The notes beneath the pieces were generated by a model. The model was not told the DNA's origin. It saw only the letters and a list, made by a program, of their open reading frames with translations, and did no database searches. Position numbers and translations under genes: made by a program. From NCBI GenBank assembly GCA_963793265.1, contig CAWBZI010000001.1, forward strand, positions 384,001 to 448,000: 64,000 nt of DNA, read 5' to 3'. Of this stretch, positions 8,392 through 19,779 are shown one piece after another. Position 1 is the stretch's first letter. The number at the start of each line of letters is the position of its first letter. This DNA is from an uncultured cyanobacterium (GTDB lineage: Bacteria > Cyanobacteriota > Cyanobacteriia > Phormidesmidales > Phormidesmidaceae).

Positions 8392-10287
8392 ATGTTCGAC
8401 CTCTCTCCGCTGTGGATCTCTTTGCGTATTGCAGCGATCGCTACCTTCATCACCTTCTTCCTGGGCATCGCCGCTGCCCACAGCATGCAGCGCTATCGAG
8501 GCCGCTGGCGATCGCTCCTTGACGGTCTCTTTCTTGCCCCCCTCGTCCTGCCGCCAACTGTCCTTGGCTTCTTACTCCTGCTGCTGCTAGGCAAAAACGG
8601 GCCTTTAGGCAAATTGCTTGCAACCGTTGGTATCAGTGTCGTCTTCACGTGGTACGCCGCCGTCATCACCGCAACGGTTGTCGCCTTCCCGCTGATGTAC
8701 AAAACCACCTCAGGCGCGTTTGAACAAATCGACCGCAGCCTGCAACAGGCCGCCAGAACCCTGGGCGCGTCAGAATTCACCGTTTTCTGGCGTATCACAC
8801 TCCCCCTATCACTGCCCAGTCTGCTCGCCGGAACCACCCTCGCCTTCGCTCGTGCCCTCGGCGAATTTGGCGCGACTCTCATGCTGGCAGGCAACATTCC
8901 TGGCCGTACGCAAACCCTCCCGATGGCCATCTACTTCGCTGTCGAAGGTGGTGACTTTCGTGAAGCTGCCCTGTGGTCATCGGCCATTCTTATCCTCTCT
9001 CTAGGCGCAATTATTCTCGTCAATCAGTTCGCCCACCGCAAAACTTTCCTCAGACAAAGCTCTGCTTTTACCTTTATCTCCCCAAAGAACAACCTCCCCT
9101 CTCCCCTCTCTTCGACTACGCTCAGGGCATCGCCCCAAATCTCTCGTACGCTGAGCGTAGCCGAAGCACACGCCTTCCCGCTCTCTTCCCTGGAAGTCAA
9201 CATCCGCAAACAGCTACCCAAGTTCACACTCAGCGTCAATTTCACCACAGACAACCAGCATCCGCTAGGTCTTCTCGGCGCATCTGGCGCAGGAAAAAGT
9301 CTCATTCTCAGGTGCATTGCTGGCATAGAAACGCCTGATGAAGGACGTATTGTCCTCAACGGACGGGTGCTGTTCGATTCGCACTTGGGCATTAACGTGC
9401 CTGCTTGCGATCGCAAAGTCGGCATTCTGTTTCAAAACTACGCCCTGTTCCCCCACCTAAGCGTCGCAGATAATATAGCCTTTGGCCTTCAGCAACAGCG
9501 CTCCTCTCATCGACCCAAGCACTCAAGAAAAGCAATCGAAGCCATCATTACTCAGCAGCTCTTAGCCGTTCAGCTTGAGTCTTTATCCCATCGCTATCCC
9601 ACCGAACTTTCTGGCGGACAGCAACAGAGAGTCGCGCTAGCAAGAGCCCTATCCAGTCAGCCAGAAGTCCTGCTGCTCGACGAACCCTTTTCCGCCCTCG
9701 ACACGCATCTACGCAGCCAAATCGAACAACAGCTGATCGCCCGCTTGCAAACCTACAGCGGTATTACCCTCTTAGTCACTCACGACTTAGAAGAAGCCTA
9801 CCGCGTATGCGACGATTTGCTGGTTGTCGATAGCGGGACGCTGGCTGCCCACGCGCCCAAACATCAAATATTCGAGCAGCCTCGCACTGTCGCAATGGCT
9901 AAGCTAACCGGATGCAAAAACTTTTCACCGGCGATCGCCCGTGGCCCTCAGCAAGTAGAAGCTATGCACTGGAAATGTCTTTTACAAACGGTCGAACCGA
10001 TTCCTAAAAATCTCTCTCAGGTTGGCATTCGCGCTCATCAAGTGACCTTTCTAGAGGCTCACCATCCGCCTGTGCCGAACACCTTTCGCTGTTGGCTAGC
10101 CGCAACCAGCGAAACCCCGCACCGCATGACGTTATACCTAAAGATTCATTGTCCGCCCAACCACGAGCGCGACTATCATTTGCGCGTAGAAGTCTTTAAA
10201 GAAAAGTGGTCTTCGCTTAAGATGCGTCCGCTACCTTGGAAAGTCTGTTTAGATCCGCTGCGGCTGATTTTGTTAGAAGACTCCTGA
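8392..10287 (+). CDS. modB: Fused molybdate ABC permease and ATPase (ModBC)
   Basis: PLVLPPTVLG and FARALGEFGAT (ModB); GASGAGKS, LSGGQQQRVALAR, LLDEPF (ModC) in one frame. Confidence 0.93.
   Translation: MFDLSPLWISLRIAAIATFITFFLGIAAAHSMQRYRGRWRSLLDGLFLAPLVLPPTVLGFLLLLLLGKNGPLGKLLATVGISVVFTWYAAVITATVVAFPLMYKTTSGAFEQIDRSLQQAARTLGASEFTVFWRITLPLSLPSLLAGTTLAFARALGEFGATLMLAGNIPGRTQTLPMAIYFAVEGGDFREAALWSSAILILSLGAIILVNQFAHRKTFLRQSSAFTFISPKNNLPSPLSSTTLRASPQISRTLSVAEAHAFPLSSLEVNIRKQLPKFTLSVNFTTDNQHPLGLLGASGAGKSLILRCIAGIETPDEGRIVLNGRVLFDSHLGINVPACDRKVGILFQNYALFPHLSVADNIAFGLQQQRSSHRPKHSRKAIEAIITQQLLAVQLESLSHRYPTELSGGQQQRVALARALSSQPEVLLLDEPFSALDTHLRSQIEQQLIARLQTYSGITLLVTHDLEEAYRVCDDLLVVDSGTLAAHAPKHQIFEQPRTVAMAKLTGCKNFSPAIARGPQQVEAMHWKCLLQTVEPIPKNLSQVGIRAHQVTFLEAHHPPVPNTFRCWLAATSETPHRMTLYLKIHCPPNHERDYHLRVEVFKEKWSSLKMRPLPWKVCLDPLRLILLEDS
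9110..9166. repeat. Palindromic REP-like element within the modBC linker
   Basis: CTTCGACTACGCTCAG (9110-9125) and CTGAGCGTAGCCGAAG (9151-9166), 15/16 inverted match. Confidence 0.75.
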
Positions 10288-10347
10288 GTGAGAAGCGTCA
10301 AAATCTTTTTTAAGCGGAGCGGAGGTCGGGGTGGGTCAGCAACTCCC

Positions 10348-11112
10348 CTAGCTCGCCTTCACGCCCTGTAGAGCGAAAATATCTATCGCCTGTTGAACCT
10401 GCGCAGGCGTCGGCGTCGGCGTCTCTGAGAGCGGATAGTCATATCCCATCGCCTGCCACTTGTATTTACCCATCTGATGGAAAGGCAGTATCTCTACTTT
10501 CTCAACAGATTTTAGATTTGCAACAAATTTGGCGACGCCCGCAATGTTGTCTGGCGCGTCGGTGAGTCCTGGCACCAGAACAAAGCGAACCCAGGTAGGC
10601 TTGCCAATCGTACTCAGATAGTTGGCAAAGCGAAGAGTTGGTTCTATAGAGACGCTGGTGACTTGGTGATAGGTGTGCGGATCGAACGATTTGATGTCTA
10701 GAAGAACCAGATCGGTATGGTCTAGCACGGGTTGCGATCGCTCAAAATCAGGAAAGCCCGAAGTATCCAAAGTCGTATGAATTTCCAGCGCCTGACATTG
10801 CCGAAAAATCTCTCTAACAAACTCGGGCTGCAGCAGTGGCTCGCCGCCCGAGATTGTCACTCCGCCGCCGGAAGCTTGCATGTAAACGCGATATCTTCCA
10901 ATCTCTTCGACTAGCTCTTCTACCGTGACGAGCTTTCCGCCCGTTAGGTCGCGGGTATCTGGATTGTGACAGTACTGACAGCGCAGTAAGCACCCTTGGG
11001 TGAAAATCACAAACCGAATACCTGGCCCGTCTACGGTGCCGCAGGTCTCGACTGAGTGAATGCGGCCCTGGAGGGAAGTGGGGGAGAGATGGAAAGGGGG
11101 AGAGAGGGGCAT
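10348..11112 (-). CDS. pflA: Pyruvate formate-lyase activating enzyme
   Basis: GTVDGPGIRF, CLLRCQYCHNPDT radical-SAM motif, SGGEPLLQ. Confidence 0.96.
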   Translation of the reverse strand: MPLSPPFHLSPTSLQGRIHSVETCGTVDGPGIRFVIFTQGCLLRCQYCHNPDTRDLTGGKLVTVEELVEEIGRYRVYMQASGGGVTISGGEPLLQPEFVREIFRQCQALEIHTTLDTSGFPDFERSQPVLDHTDLVLLDIKSFDPHTYHQVTSVSIEPTLRFANYLSTIGKPTWVRFVLVPGLTDAPDNIAGVAKFVANLKSVEKVEILPFHQMGKYKWQAMGYDYPLSETPTPTPAQVQQAIDIFALQGVKAS

Positions 11113-11130
11113 GGATTGAAGAATCCCTGG

Positions 11131-13407
11131 TTAAAACCGATCGTGGAACGTCCGGTTAATGACGTCGAGCTGTTGTTCGCGCGTGAGCTTAATGAAGTTC
11201 ACTGCGTAGCCTGAGACTCGAATGGTGAGCTGGGGATATTCTTCGGGATGCTCCATGGCATCAAGGAGCGTCTCTCGGTTGAGGACGTTGATGTTGATGT
11301 GGTGGCCCGTGTTGTGGAAGTAGCCGTCGAGCAGTCCGACGAGATTGTTGATCTGGTCGTCAGTCTGTTTGCCGAGGGCTTGAGGAACAATTGAGAAGGT
11401 GAAAGAGATCCCGTCTTGAGCGTCATCGTAAGGGAGTTTGGCGACTGATTCGCAGGCAGCGATCGCCCCCTTAGTATCTCGACCATGCATAGGATTCGCC
11501 CCTGGGCCAAACGGCTCACCTGCCTTGCGTCCGTCTGGGGTATTCCCTGTCTTTTTGCCGTACACCACGTTAGAGGTGATGGTCAAAATAGACTGCGTGG
11601 GGGTCGCGTTGCGATAGGTAGGACACTGGCGAATCTTGTTCATAAAGCGGCTCACCAGATCGGCTGTAATCGAATCTACCCGGTCATCATTGTTGCCAAA
11701 CTGAGGATAGTCGCCCTCAATTTCATAATCGACCGCCAGGCCCTCTTCATTTCTCAACACTTTCACCGTGCTGTACTTAATCGCTGAGAGCGCGTCGCCA
11801 ACTACCGAGAGTCCGGCAATGCCGGAGGCCATGGTGCGGTAGACTTCGCGGTCGTGCAGCGCCATCTCTAAGCGCTCGTAGCAGTACTTGTCGTGCATGA
11901 AGTGAATCACGTTGAGCGTGTTCACATACAGCTTGGCTAGCCAGTCCAACGTGGGGTCGAATTTGGCCATCACCTCGTCATAGTCGAGCTGGTTAGCCGT
12001 AATAGGTTCGGTTTCCGGCCCTACCTGATGGCCAGATTTTTCGTCTTTACCGCCGTTGATGGCGTACAGTAGCGCTTTGGCGAGGTTGACCCTGGCTCCA
12101 AAGAACTGCATTTGCTTGCCGATTCGCATCGCTGAGACGCAGCAGGCAATACCGTAGTCGTCTCCGTAGAGCGGACGCATCAGGTCGTCGTTTTCGTATT
12201 GGATAGAGCTGGTGTCAACAGAGACTTTGGCACAGAACTGTTTAAATGCCTTGGGAAGCTGTTCAGACCAGAGCACTGTGAGGTTTGGCTCGGGCGCAGG
12301 CCCTAAGTTATAAAGCGTTTGCAGAAAGCGGAAGCTAGACTTGGTGACCAGCGCTCGGCCATCTTCACCCACACCGCCAATCGCTTCGGTGACCCAAACC
12401 GGATCGCCAGAGAACAACTCGTTGTAGGCAGGCGCACGTAAAAAGCGCACCATTCTGAGCTTGCTAACTAAATGGTCAATCAGCTCTTGAGCTTCGGACT
12501 CGTTGAGTACCCCGTTGTTCAGATCTCGCTCAATATAGATATCGAGAAAAGTAGACACACGCCCGAAGGACATCGCCGCGCCGTTTTGTTCTTTGATTGC
12601 GCCTAAGTAGCCGAAGTAAGTCCACTGAATCGCTTCTTTGGCGTTGGCCGCAGGCTGGCTAATGTCTAGCCCGTAGGTCGCTGCCATCTCTTGGAGTTCT
12701 TGGAGGGCGCGGATTTGTTCGCTGATTTCTTCGCGATCGCGAATCACCGTTTCAGACATTACCGCATTTTCGGTTTCGCTAAGCTGCGCCTTCTTATCGG
12801 CCACTAACCGCTCAATGCCGTAGAGCGCCACCCGTCGGTAGTCGCCAATAATCCGACCTCGACCGTAGGCATCGGGCAGGCCAGTGATAATGCCCGCATG
12901 ACGCGCCTGTCGCATTTCGGGCGTGTAGGCATCGAATACGCCGTCGTTGTGAGTTTTGCGATACTTGGTGAAAATCTCATGCAGGGCCGGATCAATGCTG
13001 TAGCCGTATGCTTCTAGAGACTTTTCGGCGACTCGAATGCCGCCCAGTGGCATGATAGAACGCTTCAAAGGCCGATCGGTTTGCAGCCCGACAATCTGTT
13101 CTAAACCCTCGTCTACATAGCCTGCATCGTGAGCGGTAATGCCCGCTGGCACCTGGGTATCTGCATCCAAAACGCCCTGCTCGCGCTCTTGCTTCATCAG
13201 CACGGCAATCTGTGCCCAGAGCTGTTGAGTGCGAGGGGTGGCTTCGGCGAGGAATGTGCGATCGCCCTCATACGGACGATAATTCTGTTGAATGAACTCG
13301 CGTACAGCGATTGTTTCCGTCCAACTGCCAGGGGTAAAGCCTTCCCAAGCATCCTTAGTCTTGGCTCTTGGCGTTGAGAGCGATGATTTGAGAGGAGTAG
13401 CAACCAT
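11131..13407 (-). CDS. pflB: Pyruvate formate-lyase
   Basis: IACCVS active-site Cys-Cys, IRVSGYAV glycyl-radical motif; ATG 13407 with AGGAAGG upstream. Confidence 0.97.
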   Translation of the reverse strand: MVATPLKSSLSTPRAKTKDAWEGFTPGSWTETIAVREFIQQNYRPYEGDRTFLAEATPRTQQLWAQIAVLMKQEREQGVLDADTQVPAGITAHDAGYVDEGLEQIVGLQTDRPLKRSIMPLGGIRVAEKSLEAYGYSIDPALHEIFTKYRKTHNDGVFDAYTPEMRQARHAGIITGLPDAYGRGRIIGDYRRVALYGIERLVADKKAQLSETENAVMSETVIRDREEISEQIRALQELQEMAATYGLDISQPAANAKEAIQWTYFGYLGAIKEQNGAAMSFGRVSTFLDIYIERDLNNGVLNESEAQELIDHLVSKLRMVRFLRAPAYNELFSGDPVWVTEAIGGVGEDGRALVTKSSFRFLQTLYNLGPAPEPNLTVLWSEQLPKAFKQFCAKVSVDTSSIQYENDDLMRPLYGDDYGIACCVSAMRIGKQMQFFGARVNLAKALLYAINGGKDEKSGHQVGPETEPITANQLDYDEVMAKFDPTLDWLAKLYVNTLNVIHFMHDKYCYERLEMALHDREVYRTMASGIAGLSVVGDALSAIKYSTVKVLRNEEGLAVDYEIEGDYPQFGNNDDRVDSITADLVSRFMNKIRQCPTYRNATPTQSILTITSNVVYGKKTGNTPDGRKAGEPFGPGANPMHGRDTKGAIAACESVAKLPYDDAQDGISFTFSIVPQALGKQTDDQINNLVGLLDGYFHNTGHHININVLNRETLLDAMEHPEEYPQLTIRVSGYAVNFIKLTREQQLDVINRTFHDRF

Positions 13408-13437
13408 AAAACACCTTCCTATCGATATAACGTGCAA

Positions 13438-16140
13438 TCAAAGAGAGTAATCAACAAACTTTTCAGCGGTCTCAGCATTTTCAGCGCCTTGCATGGCAGA
13501 AAGATCTTGCAGCCGCAGAGGAAGACCGCCAACCACTAACGGAGAATCTCCTCGGTAGGCTTGCAGCAACAGCTCGCGCAAGTCGCTAATTAGCGGATAG
13601 CGAGGATTGGCCGACGTACACTGATCGTCAAAAGCATGATCCGCAAGGCCATCTAACTGAGCGTAAAATTCAGACTCAGGAATGTCCAGCACCGCTGACA
13701 TGGCGGTGGGAATGTCCACTTGCGATTTCAGCTCTTCAATTGCGCCAATCAGCCGATTGACCTTTTCGTGGTCTGTGGTTCCGCCTAAATGGAGATAATC
13801 GGCCACTTGCGCATAGCGCCACTGAGCGTTGGGATACTTGTACTGAGAGAACGTGGCCTGCTTAAAGGGCGCATCGGTTGCGTTATAGCGAATCACGTGG
13901 GAGATCATCAGGGCGTTCGCCAGTCCGTGAGGAATGTGGAACGTTGCGCCTAGCTGATGCGCCATGGAGTGACAAATGCCCAGAAAGCTGTTGGCAAAGG
14001 CCATGCCTGCAATGGTCGAGGCGTAGTGCATTCTCTCTCTGGCTTCTGGGTCATTATGTCCAGCGCTATACGCTCTAGGGAGATACCTGAAGATCAGCCC
14101 AATGGCCTCTAGTGCCAGTCCGTTGGTAAAATCAGAGGCCATCACCGAGGCATAGGCTTCTAGCGCGTGGGTGAGTGCATCAATCCCGCCGAAAGCGGTT
14201 AAAGCCTTCGGCAAATTCAGTACTAGATCTGAATCTACAATGGCCATCGTTGGCGTTAAGGCGTAGTCGGCGAGCGGATACTTAATCCCATTCTTGCGGT
14301 CGGTAACCACGGCAAACGGCGTGACTTCTGACCCTGTTCCTGACGTTGTTGGAACCGCGACTAATATCGCTTTCTCTCCTAATGGCGGCAGCTCGTATAC
14401 TCGCTTGCGAATATCCATAAACCGCATAGCCAGTCCGTCAAAGGCAATATCGGGATGCTCGTACATCAGCCACATAATTTTGGCCGCATCCATGGGCGAG
14501 CCACCACCGATAGCCACAATCACATCGGGGTTAAACTGTTGCATCATCGCCACGCCCTTGTTGACCGTATCCAGGGAGGGGTCGGGCTCTACATCGTAGA
14601 AAATTTGGCTTTTGATCCCAAGGGTGTCTAACGTCTCTTCGACAACGCGGGTCATCCCCAAATCGTAGAGGGGTTTGTCTGTAACGATGAAAGCGCGTTG
14701 GCGATCGCTCAGTTCGCCTAGCGCAACGGGCAAAGACCCTGGCTTAAAGTAAACTTTTGGCGGTACCCGGAACCAGAGCATATTCTCTCGCCGTTCGGCC
14801 ACTGTTTTTACATTGAGTAAGTGGCGAGGCTCTACATTGGCGCTCAAGGAGTTGCCACCCCAGCTGCCGCAGCCCAGGGTCAAAGACGGATCGAGTCTAA
14901 AGTTGTACAAGTCACCAATGGCCCCTTGAGAGGCTGGCGTGTTAATGAGCACGCGGCTAGTTTCTATCAGCGACTCGAACTGTTGAATATGCTCGGTGTT
15001 GTCCGGTTTGGTATACAGCACCGCCGTATGCCCGCGACCAGCAAAGGTCACCAGCTCTTTTACTTTGTCTAGACCCTCGTCAAAGTCTGTCGCTCGATAC
15101 ATGGCCAAAATAGGCGTCAGCTTTTCATAGGACAGCGGCTCTGTTGGGCCAATCTCTTCGACTTCTGCAATCAAGACGCGGGTGTTTTTAGGAACATCAA
15201 TGCCAGCCATCTCAGCTAGATTCGCGACCGACTGACCGACAATCTCTGGATTTAACCGACCATTGAGCAAAATCTTATCGGCTAGTCGCTGCTGCTCCTT
15301 TGGGGTGGCAAAGTAAGCGCCCCGATTTAAAAACTCTTCTTTAACCGTCTCATATACGTCGTTTTCGACGATAACAGACTGCTCGCTGGCACAGATCATG
15401 CCATTGTCGAACGTTTTGCTGAGTAGAATAGAAGACACCGCCGTTTTAAGATCGGCGCTATTATCAATCAACGCTGGAGTGTTGCCAGCTCCCACACCCA
15501 AAGAGGGATGCCCTGAAGAGTAAGCGGCCTTTACCATGCTTGGCCCGCCAGTCGCGAGCACCAGACTTACCGATGAGTGACTCATCAGCGCCTGAGAGAG
15601 TTCGATAGAAGGCTGATCGATCCACCCAATAATCGAAGCGGGTGCGCCAGCTTTGACGGCAGCATCTAACACGGTGCGAGCTGCCGCAATTGTACAGAGC
15701 CTTGCTCTGGGGTGAGGCGACAATATAATCGCATTGCGCGTTTTAAGCGCAATCAATGTTTTGAATATTGCGGTTGACGTTGGGTTAGTAACAGGCACAA
15801 TGCCCGCCAATATGCCCATTGGCTCAGCAATTTTTTGAATACCAAAGGTTGGATCGGCTTCAATAATGCCGCAGGTTTTCTCGTGCTTATACTTGTTATA
15901 AATGATCTCGGAGGCAAAGTGGTTTTTAATCACTTTGTCCTCGACGACACCCATTCCTGTCTCGGCAACGGCTTGCTTAGCTAGCGGCAGCCTGGCGGTG
16001 TTTGCAGCTAAAGCAGCCATCTTAAAAATACGATCGACCTGCTCCTGCGAATAGGTAGCGTATTCAGATTGAGCTGCCTCGACTGATTCAATTAAGGCTT
16101 CTAATGTCTCAATAGAGTTTGTTTTTGGGTAGTCAACCAT
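13438..16140 (-). CDS. adhE: Bifunctional acetaldehyde-CoA/alcohol dehydrogenase
   Basis: GVGAGNTP, FDNGMICASEQ, LTLGCGSWGGN, GGGSPMDAAK, GICHSMAH..HG. Confidence 0.97.
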   Translation of the reverse strand: MVDYPKTNSIETLEALIESVEAAQSEYATYSQEQVDRIFKMAALAANTARLPLAKQAVAETGMGVVEDKVIKNHFASEIIYNKYKHEKTCGIIEADPTFGIQKIAEPMGILAGIVPVTNPTSTAIFKTLIALKTRNAIILSPHPRARLCTIAAARTVLDAAVKAGAPASIIGWIDQPSIELSQALMSHSSVSLVLATGGPSMVKAAYSSGHPSLGVGAGNTPALIDNSADLKTAVSSILLSKTFDNGMICASEQSVIVENDVYETVKEEFLNRGAYFATPKEQQRLADKILLNGRLNPEIVGQSVANLAEMAGIDVPKNTRVLIAEVEEIGPTEPLSYEKLTPILAMYRATDFDEGLDKVKELVTFAGRGHTAVLYTKPDNTEHIQQFESLIETSRVLINTPASQGAIGDLYNFRLDPSLTLGCGSWGGNSLSANVEPRHLLNVKTVAERRENMLWFRVPPKVYFKPGSLPVALGELSDRQRAFIVTDKPLYDLGMTRVVEETLDTLGIKSQIFYDVEPDPSLDTVNKGVAMMQQFNPDVIVAIGGGSPMDAAKIMWLMYEHPDIAFDGLAMRFMDIRKRVYELPPLGEKAILVAVPTTSGTGSEVTPFAVVTDRKNGIKYPLADYALTPTMAIVDSDLVLNLPKALTAFGGIDALTHALEAYASVMASDFTNGLALEAIGLIFRYLPRAYSAGHNDPEARERMHYASTIAGMAFANSFLGICHSMAHQLGATFHIPHGLANALMISHVIRYNATDAPFKQATFSQYKYPNAQWRYAQVADYLHLGGTTDHEKVNRLIGAIEELKSQVDIPTAMSAVLDIPESEFYAQLDGLADHAFDDQCTSANPRYPLISDLRELLLQAYRGDSPLVVGGLPLRLQDLSAMQGAENAETAEKFVDYSL

Positions 16141-16987
16141 ATCAATCAAAGGTCTCTCTTCTACAGTACTCTTTATCGCTTATCCGCAGGCAAAGATATG
16201 TTTGCAGATCTATCTTGCTCTTTCGTTAGGCTTCCAGATTCTGCTACTACGCACAACCTTAACGGGTGTAGCTGGGTTCTAAAGATGTATTAACTAATCT
16301 TGGTGATAGATTTGCCTCTATCATACCGTCAGCACAGGAAACTCTTTACAAAGAACAGCCATTGAGTAATATAAACAAGAGACAGTATTGTCGTAGATGG
16401 CTAGTAAAACTTGTTGGCAGGGTGGCGAAGGTCGGGGTGGGTAATAACCTGACGCTATAAGCCAATTTCAACCGCTAAACAAATACATGCTGCCTCTTGT
16501 TTATGCCTAAAGTTTTGTGCCTAAAGTTGTTTATGCCTAAAGGTTAGTAGGGACGGCTGGTAAAAGAATTTTCTAGTTAGGTGTTATTTAAAAACCTAGT
16601 CTCTGTGCAATTCCTGTTGCATCTGCTTAAGCGTAGTCTAATTTAGAGGGTTTGGATCGCAATGTCATCAAAAATAAATCTTACCGTTTTCCTTATACAA
16701 AGAGTATTCTGAGAATTCTCAAGCGGTTTCTGACTAGCTTTTACTTAAACGACTTTCAAATGGCTTTAATCGGCTGTAGAACAATTTTTGAGTAGTTTAT
16801 TGTTTGCTTTAAATTAACTCGATTTCAGTTGAGTTAGGTTCAAAAATGTTTATGTAGAACACATTTACAGAGAAAAATTAATTAAAAACGAGATGAATCA
16901 TAAGGAAAAGCTTTTTGAATCGCTTTTAGCTGTTTTTTTAACCTGTCTTTTATCTGCAAGAGTCCTGACCTACCAGAACGAACCCTT
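16141..16987. promoter_or_regulatory. AT-rich divergent control region between adhE and the acetate--CoA ligase gene
   Basis: No long ORF; palindrome TGAGAATTCTCA 16710-16721; TGCCTAAAG tandem copies about 16498-16543. Confidence 0.6.
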
Positions 16988-19759
16988 ATGACATCTGTAA
17001 TGCAACGCCGCTCCGACCCAGCGCATGATGTTCTTCGCACCCGTCGTCAGCCGCTAGACGCGTTCTTTAATCCTCAAACGGTTGCCCTCATCGGCGCAAC
17101 CGATAAGCCCACTAGCGTCGGTCGTCGCCTACTTTGGAATTTAATTCAAACGCCCTTTGGTGGCACAGTGTATCCGGTGAACCCGAAACGCTCTAGCGTA
17201 CTAGGCATTAAAGCTTATGCACAGCTAGACGATGTACCCGAACCCGTTGATTTAGCGATTATTGCGACACCAGCTCATACCGTTCCTCAAGTGCTGCGCG
17301 ATTGCGTGGCGGCTGGGGTGAAAGGGGCAATTGTGGTGTCGGCTGGATTTAAGGAAGTCGGGACAGCAGGGATCGCTTTGGAAGAAGAGATCTTGGCGAT
17401 ATTGAAAGCCTCGAACCTGCGACTAGTTGGCCCTAACTGTTTAGGCGTGATGAATTCTCATACTGGGTTTAATGGCACGTTTGCAGGTGCGATCGCCTCT
17501 CCAGGAAATGTGGGCTTCATCAGTCAAAGCGGCGCGCTCTGTACCTCCATGCTGGACTGGAGCTTTAGAGAGAATGTGGGCTTTAGCACTTTTGTCTCGG
17601 TTGGGTCGATGCTAGATGTTGGCTGGGGCGACTTAATCAACTACATGGGTGACGATCCTAATACCGAAAGTATCGTTATTTACATGGAGTCTATTGGTGA
17701 TGCCCGCGCGTTCTTATCGGCAGCGCGCGAAGTCGCACTGACCAAACCTATTATCGTCATCAAAGCCGGGCGTACCGAGGCAGCAGCGGCAGCAGCGGCT
17801 TCTCATACAGGCGCGCTAACCGGCAGCGATGAAGTGTTAGATGCCGCTTTTCGACGCTGCGGCGTCCTGCGAGTCGATAGCATTGACGATTTGTTTAATC
17901 TCTCTCAAATTTTGGCAAAGCAGCCTAGATCTAAAGGCAATCGCTTAACCATTTTGACCAATGCGGGGGGGCCAGGGGTCTTGGCAACAGATGCGCTAAT
18001 TCGCAACGGCGGCCAGCTCGCTAAGCTGTCGCCGCAAACCATCAGCGAGCTAGATGCTTGTATGCCAGCGCAGTGGAGCCGTCGGAATCCCATTGATATT
18101 TTGGGCGATGCTACCCCTGAGCGCTATCAGCAGGCGTTAGAGATTGTTAGAAAAGATCCTAACAGCGATGGGTTGTTGGTAATTTTGACGCCTCAGGCGA
18201 TGACCGATCCCCTGAACACGGCTGAGAAAATTCAGGCGCTGCGTCCAGCAGACGGCGGGCCGATGTTAGCGAGTTGGATGGGACAAAAGACCGTTCAACC
18301 CGGTGAAGATGTCCTGAATCGGGCCGGTATTTTTACGTTGCCCTATCCGGATACCGCTGCCAAAGTGTTTACTCAAATGTGGCGATATTCTCGCAATTTG
18401 CACAGCCTGTACGAGACGCCCGCATTTGCTGAAGAGATTGCACAAGCAGGCACCGCTAAAGTGCTTATCGATCGCGTTCGTCAAGAGAATCGAACGCTTA
18501 TGACTGAGTTGGAGTCGCAGATGGTGCTTTCTGCCTATGGGATTCCGACAGTTGTTAGTCAAACAGCAACCTCGGCGGAGGCAGCGGTTACTTGCGCTCA
18601 AACCATTGGCTATCCAGTGGTGCTGAAGCTGTGGTCGCAAACCATTACCCACAAAACGGATGTGGGTGGCGTGTACCTTAATTTATCGAGCGATCGCGCC
18701 GTGTGCGAAGCCTTCGACGCTATTCGAGCAGCGGTTGCAACGGTCAGTGCAGATCCGGCGGCTTTTCTGGGGGTCACCGTGCAGCCAATGGTGCCGCCAG
18801 ATGGGTATGAGCTTATTTTAGGCAGCGCCGTAGATCCTCAGTTCGGGCCAGTGTTGTTGTTTGGTCTGGGGGGCGAACTGGTCGAAGTCTTTCAAGATCG
18901 AGCGTTGGGACTGCCGCCGCTAAATACGACGCTGGCTCGGCGGATGATGGAGCGCACTCGTATTTATCAGGCACTCAAAGGCGTTAGAGGACGGGAGGCG
19001 GTTAACTTAGCCAATCTTGAAAAGCTTTTGGTCAGATTCAGTCGATTGGTGATTGAGCAGCCCTGGATTAAGGAAATAGACATTAATCCACTGAGGGTGA
19101 GTTCTAGCAGTGTGAGGACAAGTGAGGCTAAGAGTCACTCTGGGCATGAAGCTATCGCGCTAGATGCCCGTATCATTCTGCACCCGCCTAATCTCTCTAT
19201 AGAAGACTTACCCAAGCCCGCTATTCGTCCCTATCCCCATCAGTACGAGACTAGCTGGACGCTCAAAAATGGAGAGTCTGTACTGATTCGACCCATTGAG
19301 CCGGAAGATGAGCCTTTAGTGGTTGCTTTTCATCGAACGCTCTCTGATGAAAGTGTTTATCTTCGTTATTCTCACTTATTTAAGCTCAGTCGGAGAACGG
19401 CTCACGAGCGTTTGACGCGCATTTGCTTTATTGATTATGACCACGAGATCGCGCTGGTGGTAGAGGCTGGTAAAGGTGATAATCGGTCGATTTTGGGCGT
19501 GGGACGGCTCAGTCAATTTCCAGGAACGCAAACGGTTGAACTGTCCATGCTTGTGAGCGATCGCTATCAGCATCAGGGCATCGGCAATCAGCTCATGCAA
19601 ATGCTCATCGCAGTTGCCCAAGAAGAAAGAATTAGCCAAATCGTGGCCGAAATCCTACCTGAAAATAGGCCGATGCAAAAACTTTGCCGCAAGTATGGGT
19701 TCCAGATAGAGAGCCATCAATTGGGCGATATGGTAAAAGCCACGCTGCACTTGTCCTAA
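16988..19759 (+). CDS. Acetate--CoA ligase (ADP-forming) family protein fused to a C-terminal GNAT domain
   Basis: [63 protein letters not shown]. Confidence 0.92.
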   Translation: MTSVMQRRSDPAHDVLRTRRQPLDAFFNPQTVALIGATDKPTSVGRRLLWNLIQTPFGGTVYPVNPKRSSVLGIKAYAQLDDVPEPVDLAIIATPAHTVPQVLRDCVAAGVKGAIVVSAGFKEVGTAGIALEEEILAILKASNLRLVGPNCLGVMNSHTGFNGTFAGAIASPGNVGFISQSGALCTSMLDWSFRENVGFSTFVSVGSMLDVGWGDLINYMGDDPNTESIVIYMESIGDARAFLSAAREVALTKPIIVIKAGRTEAAAAAAASHTGALTGSDEVLDAAFRRCGVLRVDSIDDLFNLSQILAKQPRSKGNRLTILTNAGGPGVLATDALIRNGGQLAKLSPQTISELDACMPAQWSRRNPIDILGDATPERYQQALEIVRKDPNSDGLLVILTPQAMTDPLNTAEKIQALRPADGGPMLASWMGQKTVQPGEDVLNRAGIFTLPYPDTAAKVFTQMWRYSRNLHSLYETPAFAEEIAQAGTAKVLIDRVRQENRTLMTELESQMVLSAYGIPTVVSQTATSAEAAVTCAQTIGYPVVLKLWSQTITHKTDVGGVYLNLSSDRAVCEAFDAIRAAVATVSADPAAFLGVTVQPMVPPDGYELILGSAVDPQFGPVLLFGLGGELVEVFQDRALGLPPLNTTLARRMMERTRIYQALKGVRGREAVNLANLEKLLVRFSRLVIEQPWIKEIDINPLRVSSSSVRTSEAKSHSGHEAIALDARIILHPPNLSIEDLPKPAIRPYPHQYETSWTLKNGESVLIRPIEPEDEPLVVAFHRTLSDESVYLRYSHLFKLSRRTAHERLTRICFIDYDHEIALVVEAGKGDNRSILGVGRLSQFPGTQTVELSMLVSDRYQHQGIGNQLMQMLIAVAQEERISQIVAEILPENRPMQKLCRKYGFQIESHQLGDMVKATLHLS

Positions 19760-19779
19760 GCAGTATTCTCCTGAGCAAT

